In this document: piece by piece, positions 52,358 through 63,295 of the stretch
Layout: each line of letters begins with the position of its first letter
Numbering within the stretch: position 1 is the stretch's first letter
Assembly (NCBI GenBank): GCA_025594325.1
Contig: JANHCV010000015.1
Span: 248,001-312,000 of the forward strand
Reading direction: 5' to 3'
Length of the DNA stretch: 64,000 nt
Origin: Blastocladiella emersonii ATCC 22665
Lineage: Eukaryota > Fungi > Blastocladiomycota
Notes under the pieces: model-generated
Databases searched by the model: none
The model's input: only the letters and a program-made list of their open reading frames with translations
Told to the model about the DNA's origin: nothing
Made by a program: the position numbers and the translations under genes

Positions 52358-53554
52358 CTAGACGGCCGACCCGGGCGCGGCGGCGATAGTGCCCTCCATG
52401 ACGGGGTACGACCCGAGGACCTTGAGGTCGACGCAGAGCGCCGCGAGCTTGTCGAGCGCGGAGCGGACGGCGGGGAGCGACGCGTGGCCGACGAGCTCGA
52501 CGAAGAAGACGTAGTGCCAGAGCCCGGCGCGGTCGTTGCGGAGGCGGTCGGGGCGGCTGTCGATGCGGGTGAGGTTGATGCCGTACTCCTTGAAGATGCG
52601 GAGCGCGTCGCACAGGGCGCCGGGGACGCGGTGGTCGACCGTGAAACAGAGCAGCGTCTTGTCGCGGTCCGACTGCGCGCTGGCGACGCCGTCGCTCTCG
52701 CGGGCGATCACGAGGAACCGCGTGGTGTTGCCCGCGGTGTCCTCGACGCGCGGCGCGACCACCGACAGGCCGTAGAGCTGCGCGCACACGGCGTTGCAGA
52801 TGGCGGCGGCGTGGATCTCCTTGGCGGCGAGCTCGGCGGCGAGCGCGGTGCTGGCGACGCTGATGCGCTCGGCGTGCGGCATCTGCGCGTCGAGGAACCG
52901 CTGGCACTGGCCGAGCGCCTCCGGGTGCGAGTAGACGCGACGGATCGAGTGCAGCTGCGAGTTGGACATGAGATAGTGGTGGATCGGCAGGTACGTCTCG
53001 CCGCGGATCTGCAGCGGGCTCGAGATGAACCGGTCGAGCGTCTGCGCCACGCTGCCGAACGTCGAGTTCTCAAAGGGGACCAGCCCGTACAGCGTGCGGC
53101 CCTGCTCGACCGCCGTGAACACCTCGGCGATCGTCGCCATGGGCACGTACAGCACGCTGTCGCCGAACCGGTCCATGGCCGCCTGGTGCGAGTGCGTCCC
53201 CGCCGGGCCCAGGAACGCCACGGCGACCTGCTGCTGCAGCGAGATGCTCGCCGACATGATCTCGCGGTAGATGGCCACCACGGCCTCGTTGCTGAGCGGG
53301 CCGTGGTTCAGCTGCACCACCGTCTCGAGCACCTCGCGCTCGCGCCGCGGCACGTACACTTGCGCGGGCGGCTGGTCCGCCGCCTCGGCATCGGCGGAGC
53401 CGTCGCCAGTCATATCCACATCGGTACTCGTGGCACGAGTGCCCGCGGCCTTGGCGCGACCGACCTGCACCGAGATGGTCGCCCGCTCGTTGAGCAGCGC
53501 CACAATCTTGGCGTCCAGCGAGTCAATGTCCTTGCGCAGCTTTCCGAGATCCAT
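52358..53554 (-). CDS. pheA: Bifunctional chorismate mutase (AroQ-type)/prephenate dehydratase with ACT domain
   Basis: N-terminal LRKDIDSLDAKIVALLNER, then FLGPAGTHS, VPFENSTFGSV, SHPEALGQC, NTTRF, NLTRIDSRP and YVFFVE. Confidence 0.93.
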   Translation of the reverse strand: MDLGKLRKDIDSLDAKIVALLNERATISVQVGRAKAAGTRATSTDVDMTGDGSADAEAADQPPAQVYVPRREREVLETVVQLNHGPLSNEAVVAIYREIMSASISLQQQVAVAFLGPAGTHSHQAAMDRFGDSVLYVPMATIAEVFTAVEQGRTLYGLVPFENSTFGSVAQTLDRFISSPLQIRGETYLPIHHYLMSNSQLHSIRRVYSHPEALGQCQRFLDAQMPHAERISVASTALAAELAAKEIHAAAICNAVCAQLYGLSVVAPRVEDTAGNTTRFLVIARESDGVASAQSDRDKTLLCFTVDHRVPGALCDALRIFKEYGINLTRIDSRPDRLRNDRAGLWHYVFFVELVGHASLPAVRSALDKLAALCVDLKVLGSYPVMEGTIAAAPGSAV

Positions 53555-53889
53555 GGTTGCGTTGGTTTGCGATGCGTTGGAGAGGGAGGGAGGGGCACCG
53601 CGTCAAGGCGGGCGAAGGCAACGAGCGAAACGAAGAGCGACGCGAGTCAGCGCGACACGTGCGCCTTGATTAGCGCCACGTGGGAGCGCGTCTGTCTCGC
53701 ACCGTGTCTCACGGTCCCGACGCGTCGGTCTTCGGTCAAAGCTCGTTCGAGCAACGCGGGTTTGGGAGGTGCGGAACGGGCGCAAACTCGTCAGAAGCGC
53801 AGATGATGCCTCTCAAGTCCGTCGCGGGGAACGATTCAAAGTGTGGCAAAACAGATCCATTACTAGGTACAACCATACACACTCCCCTC

Positions 53890-56800
53890 CTACGCGTCCC
53901 ACTGAATCTTCTCCGCCTTATGCGCGAGGACCATGGCGCGGGGCACGACGCTGCTGGGCATGAACGCGAGGGACCCGAGGTCGCGCAGGAGCTGCTCGCC
54001 GTACGTGAGGACGATCCACGACCAGTACTGGCCCATCGCCGCCAAATCGCCGCCCTTGAGCGGGGTGTCAACGACGTCGCCGCCCGTCTCGGCGCCGCCC
54101 GCCGCGCGCTTGAGCTCGGGCAGGTGCCCGCGCAGCTGCGCCGTGACCTTGTCCGTGACGTGCACGGGCTGCACCTCGCGGCGCAGCTCGTCGAACCACG
54201 CGAGCCAGTGGCGCAGCTGCGACTCGCGGCGCTTGGCGAGCCACGTGTCGCGGTCCGGGAACGCCGGGATCACGAGCGGCGGCAGGTCCGTGCGCCCGGG
54301 CACCGTGAGCGTGACCGACGCGTTGGTGAGCGGCGCGGCCGCGTCATTCTCGTCCTCGTGCTTGGCCTCGGCGGACGCAACGAATGCGCCCTCGTCGTGG
54401 TCGTCGCCGTCCGAGTCGTAGCGCGTCGCCGCGGCGCCCGTGTCGAACTTCTTGACCGAGATCTGGTGCTTGGCCGCGTACTTCTCCTTGAACACGCGGT
54501 GGTGCCGCTCGAGCGCCTGGCGGTACTCGTTGGCGTCGGCGCGGTCGAGCGACTCGCGGCGCTTGGCGCTGTTGACGTGGCCGAGCGACGACGTCTGCAT
54601 CTCCTCGTCCTCGTCGTCGATCGTCATCTGCGTCGCACCCACCAGCACAAACGGGTTCCACAGCTCGAGCCCGCCGGCCGTCAGCGGCCAGTACGCCCAC
54701 GCGTCGAGGAGGTCGGCACCCGCGGGCACGTGCGCGGCGAAGGGCGCCGCCTGCATGCGGTGGGCAAGCGCGTGGACCACGTTCCCGTTGGGCGCGTCGG
54801 GGAAGACCGCGCGGTGGATATCGGCGAGCGCGCGCTGCACGGCCTCGGTGTGCGCTTTTCCAGCGCCGACGGCCGTAGTAGCAAAGTTGCGCACGAAGAA
54901 CCGCATGTACCGGTTGTACACGTTGATCCACGCGAGCACCGTGGGCGCGGCGGCGAGCCGGCCGCGGAACTCGGCCACGTGCGGCTCCAGCAGCGCCGCG
55001 TCCACCTCCCACGCGCCCGTCGACGCGCTCAGCTTGACCGAGCCCCACGAAATGTCGCCCTTCGGGAACCCCGACCCGGGCGCGCCGTTGATGTCCTCGG
55101 CGAGCTCGATGGCGATGGGCGCGGGCGCCGCGGTCGCCGCCGCCGCCGCAGCGTTGCCCTCGTTGGCCGCCGTCGGGTTGCGGATCACGACGGTGCCACT
55201 CTTCTCGACGTTGAACTTGAGCCCGGCGAGCTTGGCGAACCGCTGGCACTCCTTCCACGCGTGCATGGCCTTGCGCGTGTCGGCGGACCACATCCAGATA
55301 TCGTCGTGGAGGCGGAGGAACGAGACGGCGCCGCCGCCGTGGCGGATCATGTGGAAGTCGAGGAGGAACATCATTGACTCGCCGAGCAGGAAACTCAGCG
55401 CGTGCGAGATGGGCACGCCGCGCTTGCGCATCTGCGGCGTCTCGTCGTCGGCGAACTTGGTCGGGACCGCGAGGAACCGGCCGACGAACGCAACCCACGG
55501 CTTGGGCACGCCGAGGAACTCGAGCAGCGCGAGCAGGTGCGGGTGCGGGAGCGAGGGCCCGAACCACTCGAAGTCGGTGCGGACCACGACCAGCTCGGCG
55601 CCCGCGGGCCGGATCGCACGGTGCAGGCGCGCCTCGGCCGCGATGAAGTGCAGCAGCTCCTGCTTGCGCTTGAGCGCGGCTGCCGGATCGACCTTGCCCG
55701 CCTGCGCCGACGCCTTGCCGCCCGCGTCGCTGTCGTCGTCCGAGTCCGAGTCGCTGTCGCCGTCGTCGTACGACCCCGTGGTGCCCTGCGACATGATCGT
55801 CGACGGGATCTGCTCCATGAACCCGGCGCGGACAAACTCGGCGCGCTCCTCGGCGATCGACGACGCGTAGTTGGGCCGGCGGCGGTTGATGGTGCGCGCG
55901 ATGCGGCCGAGCGCGGGCGCCGTCACGGCACCCGACCCACGGCCACGGCCGCGACCGCCCGAGCCGCCGCGGAGGAAATCGTACGTCGTCGCGTGCTGGC
56001 CGACAAACTGGCCCTTGGCGGCCTTGCGCTTGCACACCTCGACGGCGTTCCAGAGCTGCGACTCGTGGACGGCCACGAACAGGCCGCGGAGCGCGCAGGA
56101 CCACTGGACGCCGACCCACTGGAGGAACAGGGCGGTCATGAGGTCCTCGTCGAGGTAGGCGCGGAACTTGCCGTTCATCTGGCGGCGGAAGTCGACGCGG
56201 ACGCCCGCCGCGGGCCAGGACCACGCCTCGTACTGGGTCAGGTACATGTTGAGGACCGAGGCGATCTCGGCGTGGATCACGGCGTTGGTGCGGATGTCGC
56301 GCAGCGCGGCCTGGCGCGCGTCGTCGAGCAGGCCCTGCGCGAGGAGGCCCTCGACCGTGTACTTGACGTCCTCGGCCGTGATGGTCGTCTTGGCGAGCTC
56401 CTTGCCGAAGGTGGCGATCTCGGCGACCTCGGCGTCAAAGAAGGCCTTCTGGTCGGCGCTCGCGAACTGGAACACCTCGGTGCGCAGGAACTCGATGAAG
56501 GGCGCCGCGTCGGCGAGCTCGGCGGGCGGCGACGTCAGCACGCGCTCGACGAACTCGTCCTTGGTCGCCTGCCGCTCGGCGCGCAGCTTGGCGACCGACT
56601 CGGCGATGATGCGCGCGCGGTCCGTCGGCGCCGCTGCCGCCGCGGGGCTCGTGCCCGACTCGGACTTGGCCATGGCGGCCTCGATCGCCTCCCAGTCCTC
56701 GGACGCAATCTCCGACACCGCCGCGTCGGCGCCCTTATCCCCCGCCGTGAACGCGGCGTGCTCGGAGAGGACCTGGCCGAACAGCATCGCGTACTGGCAC

Positions 56801-57153
56801 CGCTTCTTGCCCTGGTCGATCTCGGCGCGCAGCTTGGTGCACCAGACGGCGACCGAGTCGGCGTGCGCCGTCGGGTCGCGCTCGAGGAGCTGCATCACGG
56901 GGCGCACGGCCGCGACGTCCGGGTGGAACGGCGTCTGCGCGACGGCGAGGGACTTGAGCCCGTCGCACAGCACGCGCAGCTCGGCGGTACGCGACGGCGC
57001 CGCGTCGGCGGCGGCGAGGATCGTCGCGTACGCCGCGTCGAACCGCGACTTGACCGCGGAAAAGGCGTCGATCTTGGTCGACGTGATCACCTGCAGGATC
57101 TCGCCGAGCGCGGCCGTCGCGGCGGAGGTCGCGGACTTGCCGGTGGCCGACAT
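53890..57153 (-). CDS. rvt: Reverse transcriptase-related cellular protein (rvt-like), 1087 aa, intronless
   Basis: NGKFRAYLDED, an acidic loop, VVRTDFEWFGPSLPH, RGVPISHALS, LRLHDDIW, GLKFNVEKSG and SWGSVKL. No gag, RNase H, integrase or endonuclease domains and no flanking repeats seen. Confidence 0.72.
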   Translation of the reverse strand: MSATGKSATSAATAALGEILQVITSTKIDAFSAVKSRFDAAYATILAAADAAPSRTAELRVLCDGLKSLAVAQTPFHPDVAAVRPVMQLLERDPTAHADSVAVWCTKLRAEIDQGKKRCQYAMLFGQVLSEHAAFTAGDKGADAAVSEIASEDWEAIEAAMAKSESGTSPAAAAAPTDRARIIAESVAKLRAERQATKDEFVERVLTSPPAELADAAPFIEFLRTEVFQFASADQKAFFDAEVAEIATFGKELAKTTITAEDVKYTVEGLLAQGLLDDARQAALRDIRTNAVIHAEIASVLNMYLTQYEAWSWPAAGVRVDFRRQMNGKFRAYLDEDLMTALFLQWVGVQWSCALRGLFVAVHESQLWNAVEVCKRKAAKGQFVGQHATTYDFLRGGSGGRGRGRGSGAVTAPALGRIARTINRRRPNYASSIAEERAEFVRAGFMEQIPSTIMSQGTTGSYDDGDSDSDSDDDSDAGGKASAQAGKVDPAAALKRKQELLHFIAAEARLHRAIRPAGAELVVVRTDFEWFGPSLPHPHLLALLEFLGVPKPWVAFVGRFLAVPTKFADDETPQMRKRGVPISHALSFLLGESMMFLLDFHMIRHGGGAVSFLRLHDDIWMWSADTRKAMHAWKECQRFAKLAGLKFNVEKSGTVVIRNPTAANEGNAAAAAATAAPAPIAIELAEDINGAPGSGFPKGDISWGSVKLSASTGAWEVDAALLEPHVAEFRGRLAAAPTVLAWINVYNRYMRFFVRNFATTAVGAGKAHTEAVQRALADIHRAVFPDAPNGNVVHALAHRMQAAPFAAHVPAGADLLDAWAYWPLTAGGLELWNPFVLVGATQMTIDDEDEEMQTSSLGHVNSAKRRESLDRADANEYRQALERHHRVFKEKYAAKHQISVKKFDTGAAATRYDSDGDDHDEGAFVASAEAKHEDENDAAAPLTNASVTLTVPGRTDLPPLVIPAFPDRDTWLAKRRESQLRHWLAWFDELRREVQPVHVTDKVTAQLRGHLPELKRAAGGAETGGDVVDTPLKGGDLAAMGQYWSWIVLTYGEQLLRDLGSLAFMPSSVVPRAMVLAHKAEKIQWDA

Positions 57154-57513
57154 GCTGTGGGAGGAGGGGAGCGGGGGTGAGTGATCGGCGCGAGACACGC
57201 GCGCATGGCGGGCGAGCTTACATTGCAGGTGGTGCGGGTTCAAGCGGGTGAGGACGAGACGAGGACGGGGCCTCGCTTGCGTGCTGTAAGGGACGGCGAG
57301 AGCGGGAGAGCGGGGGAGCGGGCGCCCTTTATATTGTCCGTTGCGGTCGGTGCGGACAGCGGTCGCGTCGAACGGGTGACGCGCCTGTGACGCGGCCGCG
57401 TCAATCATGCCTTCGCGTCGTCGCGACTGACTCGACCTCGACTCTTCAACGAAAGTGTGACGAAGCAAGCGGATTACATTACAAGATGACGAAAGGCACA
57501 ATCAACAGTCAAC

Positions 57514-59178
57514 TCAGTAGAAGCTGCCGCCCGTGTACGCGTTGCCTTCGGTGGCAGGCGACTCGGTCGCGGCGGGGGCCGCGCTGCTCTCGGGCATCAC
57601 GGCGGGCGAGTACGCCGGGGTCTCGGCCGAGGCGTCGCGCGCGGCCGAGTACGTGGGCTCGGCCGTCGCGGCGGGGGCAGCGGTTGCGGTCTCGCACGGC
57701 GTCGTCGTGGCGGTGGCGGTCGGCTCGACGAGGTTGACGGGCGTCGTGGCGATGGGCTCCTCGTTGTCGCAGTCCTCCTCGGCCTCGTCTTCCTCCTCGC
57801 AGTCCTCCTCGTCGCCCGTGAGGTTGTCGGCCTCGTCCTCCTCCTCGCAGTCCTCCTCGTCGCCGGTCAGGTTATCAGGCTGCTCCTCCTCGCAATCCTC
57901 CTCGTCGTCAACGACCTGGGTCGGGGTAGGGACCGGGGCGGGGGCAGCGGGGTAGCCAGTGTCGCGGGTGACCTCGGTGGGGGCGGCCGTGGGCTGAACG
58001 AGGTCGACGGGCGTGGTAGCCGTGGGCTCCTCGTCCTCGCAGTCCTCCTCCTCGTCGCCCGTCAGGTTATCGGGCTGCTCGTCCTCCTCGCAGTCCTCCT
58101 CCTCGTCGCCCGTCAGGTTGTCGGGCTCGTCGTCGCAGTCCTCGGTCGGCTCCGGAACCGGCGCGGGGGCCGGGGTGGTGCCGGCATCGAGGTTGTCGCC
58201 GGTCGGCGTCGGCGTCGGCGCGGGCGCGCCGTACCCGGGCTCGGGCTGGGGCTGCACGGGCGCGGGCGAGTCGCCGCCGTTGCCGTACCCGGGCTCGACG
58301 GGAGCGGGGGCGGGCGGCGAGATGGGCGAGGCGCCGTCGTTGCCGCCGCCGTTGCCGTTGCCGTAGCCGGGCTCGGGCTGGACGGGCGCCGGGGGAGAGA
58401 TGGGCGCGGGCGAGCCGCCGTTGTAACCACCGTCGGCGGGCGTGGTCGGGACCGGGTCGGTGCCAATGATGGTGGACACGACGGGCGAGGTCGGGACGGG
58501 GTCCGTCGCGACGGTGGTGGTGGCGATGACCGACGACACGCCGGGCGTCGTGGTCGGGCCACCGTACCCGCCGCCGTTGGACGCGGTCGAGGTGACGATG
58601 ACGGAGCCGGTCGACGAGGCCGTGAGCGTCGACGACGGGATGTAGGCGCCGCCCGTCGCGGTCGTGGTCGCGCTCGAGACCGACGACGCGGTACCCGTCT
58701 GCGTCGTGGTGCCGAGGGTGCCGGTCTGCGACGTGGTGCCGGCGGTGCCCGTCTGCGTGGCCGTGGTGCTGACGGCGCCCGTCTGGGTCGTCGTGCCGAG
58801 CGTGCCCGTCTGGGTCGTGGTCACGGCGGTGCCGGTCTGCGAGGTGGTGGCGGACGCCGACGAGGCCGACGAGGTGACGGCGGGGTCGGTCGTCGAAGTC
58901 TTGCGGCCGTACGCCGGCGGGGCGACGGGGGTCGACGTTGCGATGACAGACGAGGTCGCGGGCACCGTGTCGGTCGACGTCTTGCGGCCGTACGCGGGCG
59001 GCTGCGGGTCGACGGGGGTCGGGGCGGGGACGGGGACCGACGACGAGGGCGAGACGGCCGCCGACGAGGTCGGGTCGGACGTGGGCGGCTTGATGATAGG
59101 CGTATATACGGCGTTGGGCGCCGGCGCGGCCGAGGCCACGGCCACAAAGAGGGCGGCGACGAGGAACTGAGTCTTCAT
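57514..59178 (-). CDS. Secreted Pro/Thr-rich mucin-like protein with acidic Cys repeats, 554 aa
   Basis: Signal peptide MKTQFLVAALFVAVASA and repeats TTTQTG, PEPGYG and DNLTGDEEEDCEE. Confidence 0.85.
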   Translation of the reverse strand: MKTQFLVAALFVAVASAAPAPNAVYTPIIKPPTSDPTSSAAVSPSSSVPVPAPTPVDPQPPAYGRKTSTDTVPATSSVIATSTPVAPPAYGRKTSTTDPAVTSSASSASATTSQTGTAVTTTQTGTLGTTTQTGAVSTTATQTGTAGTTSQTGTLGTTTQTGTASSVSSATTTATGGAYIPSSTLTASSTGSVIVTSTASNGGGYGGPTTTPGVSSVIATTTVATDPVPTSPVVSTIIGTDPVPTTPADGGYNGGSPAPISPPAPVQPEPGYGNGNGGGNDGASPISPPAPAPVEPGYGNGGDSPAPVQPQPEPGYGAPAPTPTPTGDNLDAGTTPAPAPVPEPTEDCDDEPDNLTGDEEEDCEEDEQPDNLTGDEEEDCEDEEPTATTPVDLVQPTAAPTEVTRDTGYPAAPAPVPTPTQVVDDEEDCEEEQPDNLTGDEEDCEEEDEADNLTGDEEDCEEEDEAEEDCDNEEPIATTPVNLVEPTATATTTPCETATAAPAATAEPTYSAARDASAETPAYSPAVMPESSAAPAATESPATEGNAYTGGSFY

Positions 59179-59759
59179 GGCGGCGACAGCGGGTGGGTTG
59201 AGAGAGAGTGTGTGGTGTGGTGGTCGGTCTTCTATGGAGACAAGTCTAGGAGTGTGCGACGAGGTCTATCGCCCAGCGAGAGAACAGCAGGTCGTCAATG
59301 GAGATTCGGAGGGAGGAGTCTGAACGAGAAGAGGAGAGGAAGGGATGCGCGGGCGGCGCCTCGTACTTGTAGCGCGACCGAGGGTGAAGTATTCCTGACG
59401 CCTAAGGTCAGCCTCATTCCGCGGACCTGTCGCAAGCCCTGTCGCCGTCCATTAACTCGACCACGTGTGGGGCTTGGCCGGGTCATGAACGCCCAGCTCG
59501 CCGGCAGTCCGGGTCGCCGCCGCGGAAAGCGGTGAATGATGATGTATGGTCGAGCGAGTCGCCGCGTCGCGTTGCTCGGCGGCGACTGCATCGCGGGGGT
59601 GGGGCGTGGTGGCTCAGCAGGGACTCGGGCGCGCGACGCGACGCACGCGAGTTGATGCACGAGTCGCGTGATGCTGTTGATCGCTCGCTGATCGCTCTTG
59701 GTCCCGCCTCGCTCCTTCCCTCTCCTCCCGAGCAACGACCTCGACCCCCGCACTCCACC

Positions 59760-60749
59760 ATGTACCGCTCCATGCAACGCGCCCTGCGCCCGCTGGCAAC
59801 CACCGCCGCCGCCGCTGCCGCGCGGTCGCGCCCATCCGCGGCCCGCACTCTCGCCACGACTGCCGTGCGCGCATCGAGCAGCAGCGTGCCCGTCGGCCGC
59901 ATGGCGTTCCCGTTCGGGTACAAGGTCATTCTGCCCGCCTCGACGACGCCGGGTGACTCGGTCTCGCCGCTCTCGACGGCTGCTACCTCTGCTGCTGCCG
60001 CTGCGTCGGTCGCGAACGCTGCGGCGACGGCGGCAAGCGAGTCTGTGACCCTAGACACGTCCGACTCGGACCCGTCGTCGTCGCTCGACGCCGCCGTGGC
60101 CGCCGAGTCCAAGCCGAACCTCGACTGGTTCGTCGACCCGCTGCCGTCGGACCTGTCGCCCGTGTGGATGCGCAACCTGACGGCGCTCAACGCCGAGGCC
60201 GGTTCCCCTCCTGCCGCCGTCTCCGAGCCGGGCGCGAACCCGCTCCTCTACGGGCACGAGTTCTCGTTCGGCGACACCGTGACACCCGCAGACCTGGCAT
60301 CGTTCCTAACGGACCGCGGCATGTGCACGTCCGTCACCGTCCTCGACGTGCGCGGGCGGAGCGACGTGGCGGACGCCATGGTGGTCGCGAGCGCGCGGTC
60401 GACGGCGCACATGCGTGCCGTGACCGAGGACCTGTACCGGCACCTCAAGTCCGCCGCCGCCGCATCCGCCCCCACGCCGGCGGACGCACAGCAGGCGATT
60501 GCGGCGATCCACGTCGACGGGCTCGACACGGACGACTGGGTCGTGGTCGATCTCGGCCGCGTGTTCGTGCACATCTTCACGCCCGAGGGCCGCGCGACGT
60601 ACGACCTCGACCGGCTCTGGACGCAGTCGCCCGCCGAGACCGAAGCCGAGATCGCGGCCTACCTCGCGGACGAGGGACCCGTCGGCGAGGACGAGTGGTT
60701 CTTTGACGAGGCCAGCGAGGATGTGGAGGGCGAGGTCGAGCGCGCCTAG
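59760..60749 (+). CDS. rsfS: Mitochondrial ribosome silencing factor (RsfS/Iojap/MALSU1)
   Basis: VTVLDV...ADAMVVASARS..HM...DWVVVDLGRVFVHIFTPEGRATYDLDRLW, with a presequence. Confidence 0.92.
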   Translation: MYRSMQRALRPLATTAAAAAARSRPSAARTLATTAVRASSSSVPVGRMAFPFGYKVILPASTTPGDSVSPLSTAATSAAAAASVANAAATAASESVTLDTSDSDPSSSLDAAVAAESKPNLDWFVDPLPSDLSPVWMRNLTALNAEAGSPPAAVSEPGANPLLYGHEFSFGDTVTPADLASFLTDRGMCTSVTVLDVRGRSDVADAMVVASARSTAHMRAVTEDLYRHLKSAAAASAPTPADAQQAIAAIHVDGLDTDDWVVVDLGRVFVHIFTPEGRATYDLDRLWTQSPAETEAEIAAYLADEGPVGEDEWFFDEASEDVEGEVERA

Positions 60750-60812
60750 GAGATGCGCGATTGAGATGGTTGGAGAGTAGCTGCTAGTAAATCTATATAT
60801 GTGTATCCTTTG

Positions 60813-61833
60813 TCACGAGCGCCGGTTCGGCGCAAAGTACCTTTGCGCGATACGGTTGGCCTCTTCCTACACACGCTCGCGCGCACGTCAGTCTCCGCTT
60901 CGCGTGAACAACCGCACGTCGTCGACGCACATCCAGCATCGCCGTCTCGCCCGCCGGGTTCCGCGACCCGCCGCCCATGATCGTATCGCTCGGGTCCATG
61001 ATCCGCGGCATCGCGATAGCTGGCGGCGGCGCGCGTGCGACTGGGGGCGCCTGCTCACGCGGTCGCGGCGGGTAGTACCCGGTGCTGTTCGGTCGCTGCT
61101 GGCCGCTGCCCCACGACGACGTCACGGACGCGGGCCGCTCGCACGTCGGCCGCGGCGGGCGGTAGCTCTGGTACTGACGCACGCCGACCGACGGGTCGTG
61201 GTTTTCCCGCTGGTGCTGCTGGTCGTCCCACTGCGAGTACGGCTGCGGTTGGCGCGACGGTGCCTCCCACGATGCGGGCGCAGCGGGCTCACGCCGTTGC
61301 TGGCCGCCGTCCCACTGCTGCTGCGACGGGTACGGCTGCTGCTGTTGCGGCGCATCCCATGACGCGACCGGCGCACTCGACCGCGCAGCCCGCGGCGGTC
61401 CCGAAACCTTCTCACGCCGAACGACTGGCTCGTCCCACCGCGCCTGCGACGACGGCTGCTGCTGCTGTTGCTGGCTTGGCGCTTTCCACGCGGCCGGCGC
61501 AACCGCAGGAGCGTACCCGTCGGCCGACCGGCGCTGCGACGGCGCACGCTGCTGCTGCTGCGGCTGGCTGTAGCTCTGCGCGGACGCCGCCGGCGGCGGC
61601 TGCGAGTACGGCTCACGCTGCTGCTCGGCCCACTGCTGCTGCGACTGCGCCCGCGAACGCGACGACGTCGAGGCGGTACTCGACTGCGGACGGTACACCA
61701 CCTGCTGCGCCGGCGCGGGTACCGGCTCGGTCCGCGCGAGCAGCTCCTCGAGGTCAGCGAGAATCTCGTCGCACTCGGCGGCGACGACGGCCTTCAACGC
61801 CGGCGTGAGCGTTGCAGGAGGTTGATATTGCAT
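60813..61833 (-). CDS. Gln/Pro/Ser-rich hypothetical protein with a short 3' intron
   Basis: A 346-codon ORF. A GTGCG...CTGAC...GTAG intron gives the ending EEANRIAQRYFAPNRRS*. Confidence 0.6.
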
Positions 61834-61932
61834 CGAGTCAAGTCGTCGTCTTCAAGACCGCATTCATCAAGTAGATAGGGCAAGTATATGAAGAGAGGAA
61901 GAAACAAACAGCTAAGGCAACCCGACCCAAAC

Positions 61933-62966
61933 TTACACGATCTCGTACTTGTTGTGCACGAGCCCATCGACGCCCTTGCGCCCGATCCGTGGCCGGGTGA
62001 CGTACCGGGGCTCCTTCTCGCCGATCATCTCGGTGAAGATGCGCGGGACGGCCTCGTCCCACTCGGCCTTCCACACGTTGATGCCGCGGGGCGTCAGGCC
62101 GTGCGCCTGGATCAGCTCCCACACGGAGACGCCGCGGGGCAGGGTCGCGGGGAGCGCGTGCGGGACACCGGCGGCGGCATCGGCGTCGCCGGCCGCGGTC
62201 TTGGCGGGCTGCTCGAACACGAACACGGCCATGCGGTGCGCACCCGTGCCCTTGGTCGGGTGTGGCGGGAGGTAGGGGAGGACGAGCGTGCCCTTGGTCC
62301 CCTCGGCCTTACCATCCGCCGAGGTCGGGAGCGCGAGCGGGGCGGTGGCGGCGGCGGCGTTGAGCGGAATGTCCTTGACCATCCAGAGGATCTCCTCGGA
62401 GCGGACCTCGTAGTCGGGGCGCGCCTTGTCGGCGTCGACGAGCACCAACGTGTACTTTTTCACGTCGGCGTGGTACGGCTGCAGGTAGACGTGGACGGGG
62501 TCGACGGTGGCTGTTGGCGGGACGGCGGCGCCGAGCGCGATCAGGTCGCCGGCCGCGGTCGCGACGTGCACCTCGACGTCAATGTCGTCGGCGCGCTTCG
62601 GGAAGAAGTCGGCGAAGATGCCGCGCTGCTCGGCGAACTGGATCTACACTCCCGAAAAAGCGTGAGCGGACACCCCGCCAGCACCGCAGCACGGAGGCGC
62701 GAACGTACGACGCGGTCGCGGCGGTGGCGCACGAAATGGTCGCGGCCGAGCTTCTGGAACTCGGACAGCGCGTAGTTGGCGTCGCCGTTGCGGAACGCGC
62801 GGATCGTCTCGGGCGCGTTGGCCGGCTTGAGCGCGCCCGTCGTCTCGAGCACCTTGCGCGCCTCGGCGAAGGCGGCGGCGCGCGCCTCGCCCGACAGGGC
62901 ACGGCGCGGCGCGGCCGCCATCGTGGCGGACGTCGCCAGGCGGGCGAGCGAGCGGCGGGCCAGCAT
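61933..62966 (-). CDS. mL38: PEBP-domain mitochondrial ribosomal protein mL38-like; intron 62644-62708
   Basis: Presequence, YTLVLVDAD, PYLPPHPTKGTGAHRMAVFVFEQ and WKAEWD. Confidence 0.8.
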
Positions 62967-63295
62967 CGTGATCGTGATTTGCGCCGAGTTACGTGGCGCG
63001 TTCGCTACGTGGGTGCCCGCGGTGCAAGGCTTCGGCGGATCGGCGCCGTGGAGGCAGCGAGAGAAGGGAGATTTGATCTTCAATCCTGTTTAAGTCGGGC
63101 CGCGTGACATCAGGTGGCGGCGTATCCGGATACCCGCGATGGGGCCGCCGGATAGCGCACATTGCCCGAAACGGCGGAACGACGCGCCGGCCATGCGGGC
63201 CGCGGCCGACTTGCTTTCGCCGCGCCCATCATGCAGCCCTGACGAAAGCGCCCGCATCTGCTACGTGATCGACACTCTACGCAACGAAGCAAACC

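Noticed and set aside
53890-57153. Retrotransposon or group II intron
   Set aside because: No LTRs, poly(A) tail, gag, protease, RNase H, integrase or endonuclease were seen, and it is not inserted within another gene.
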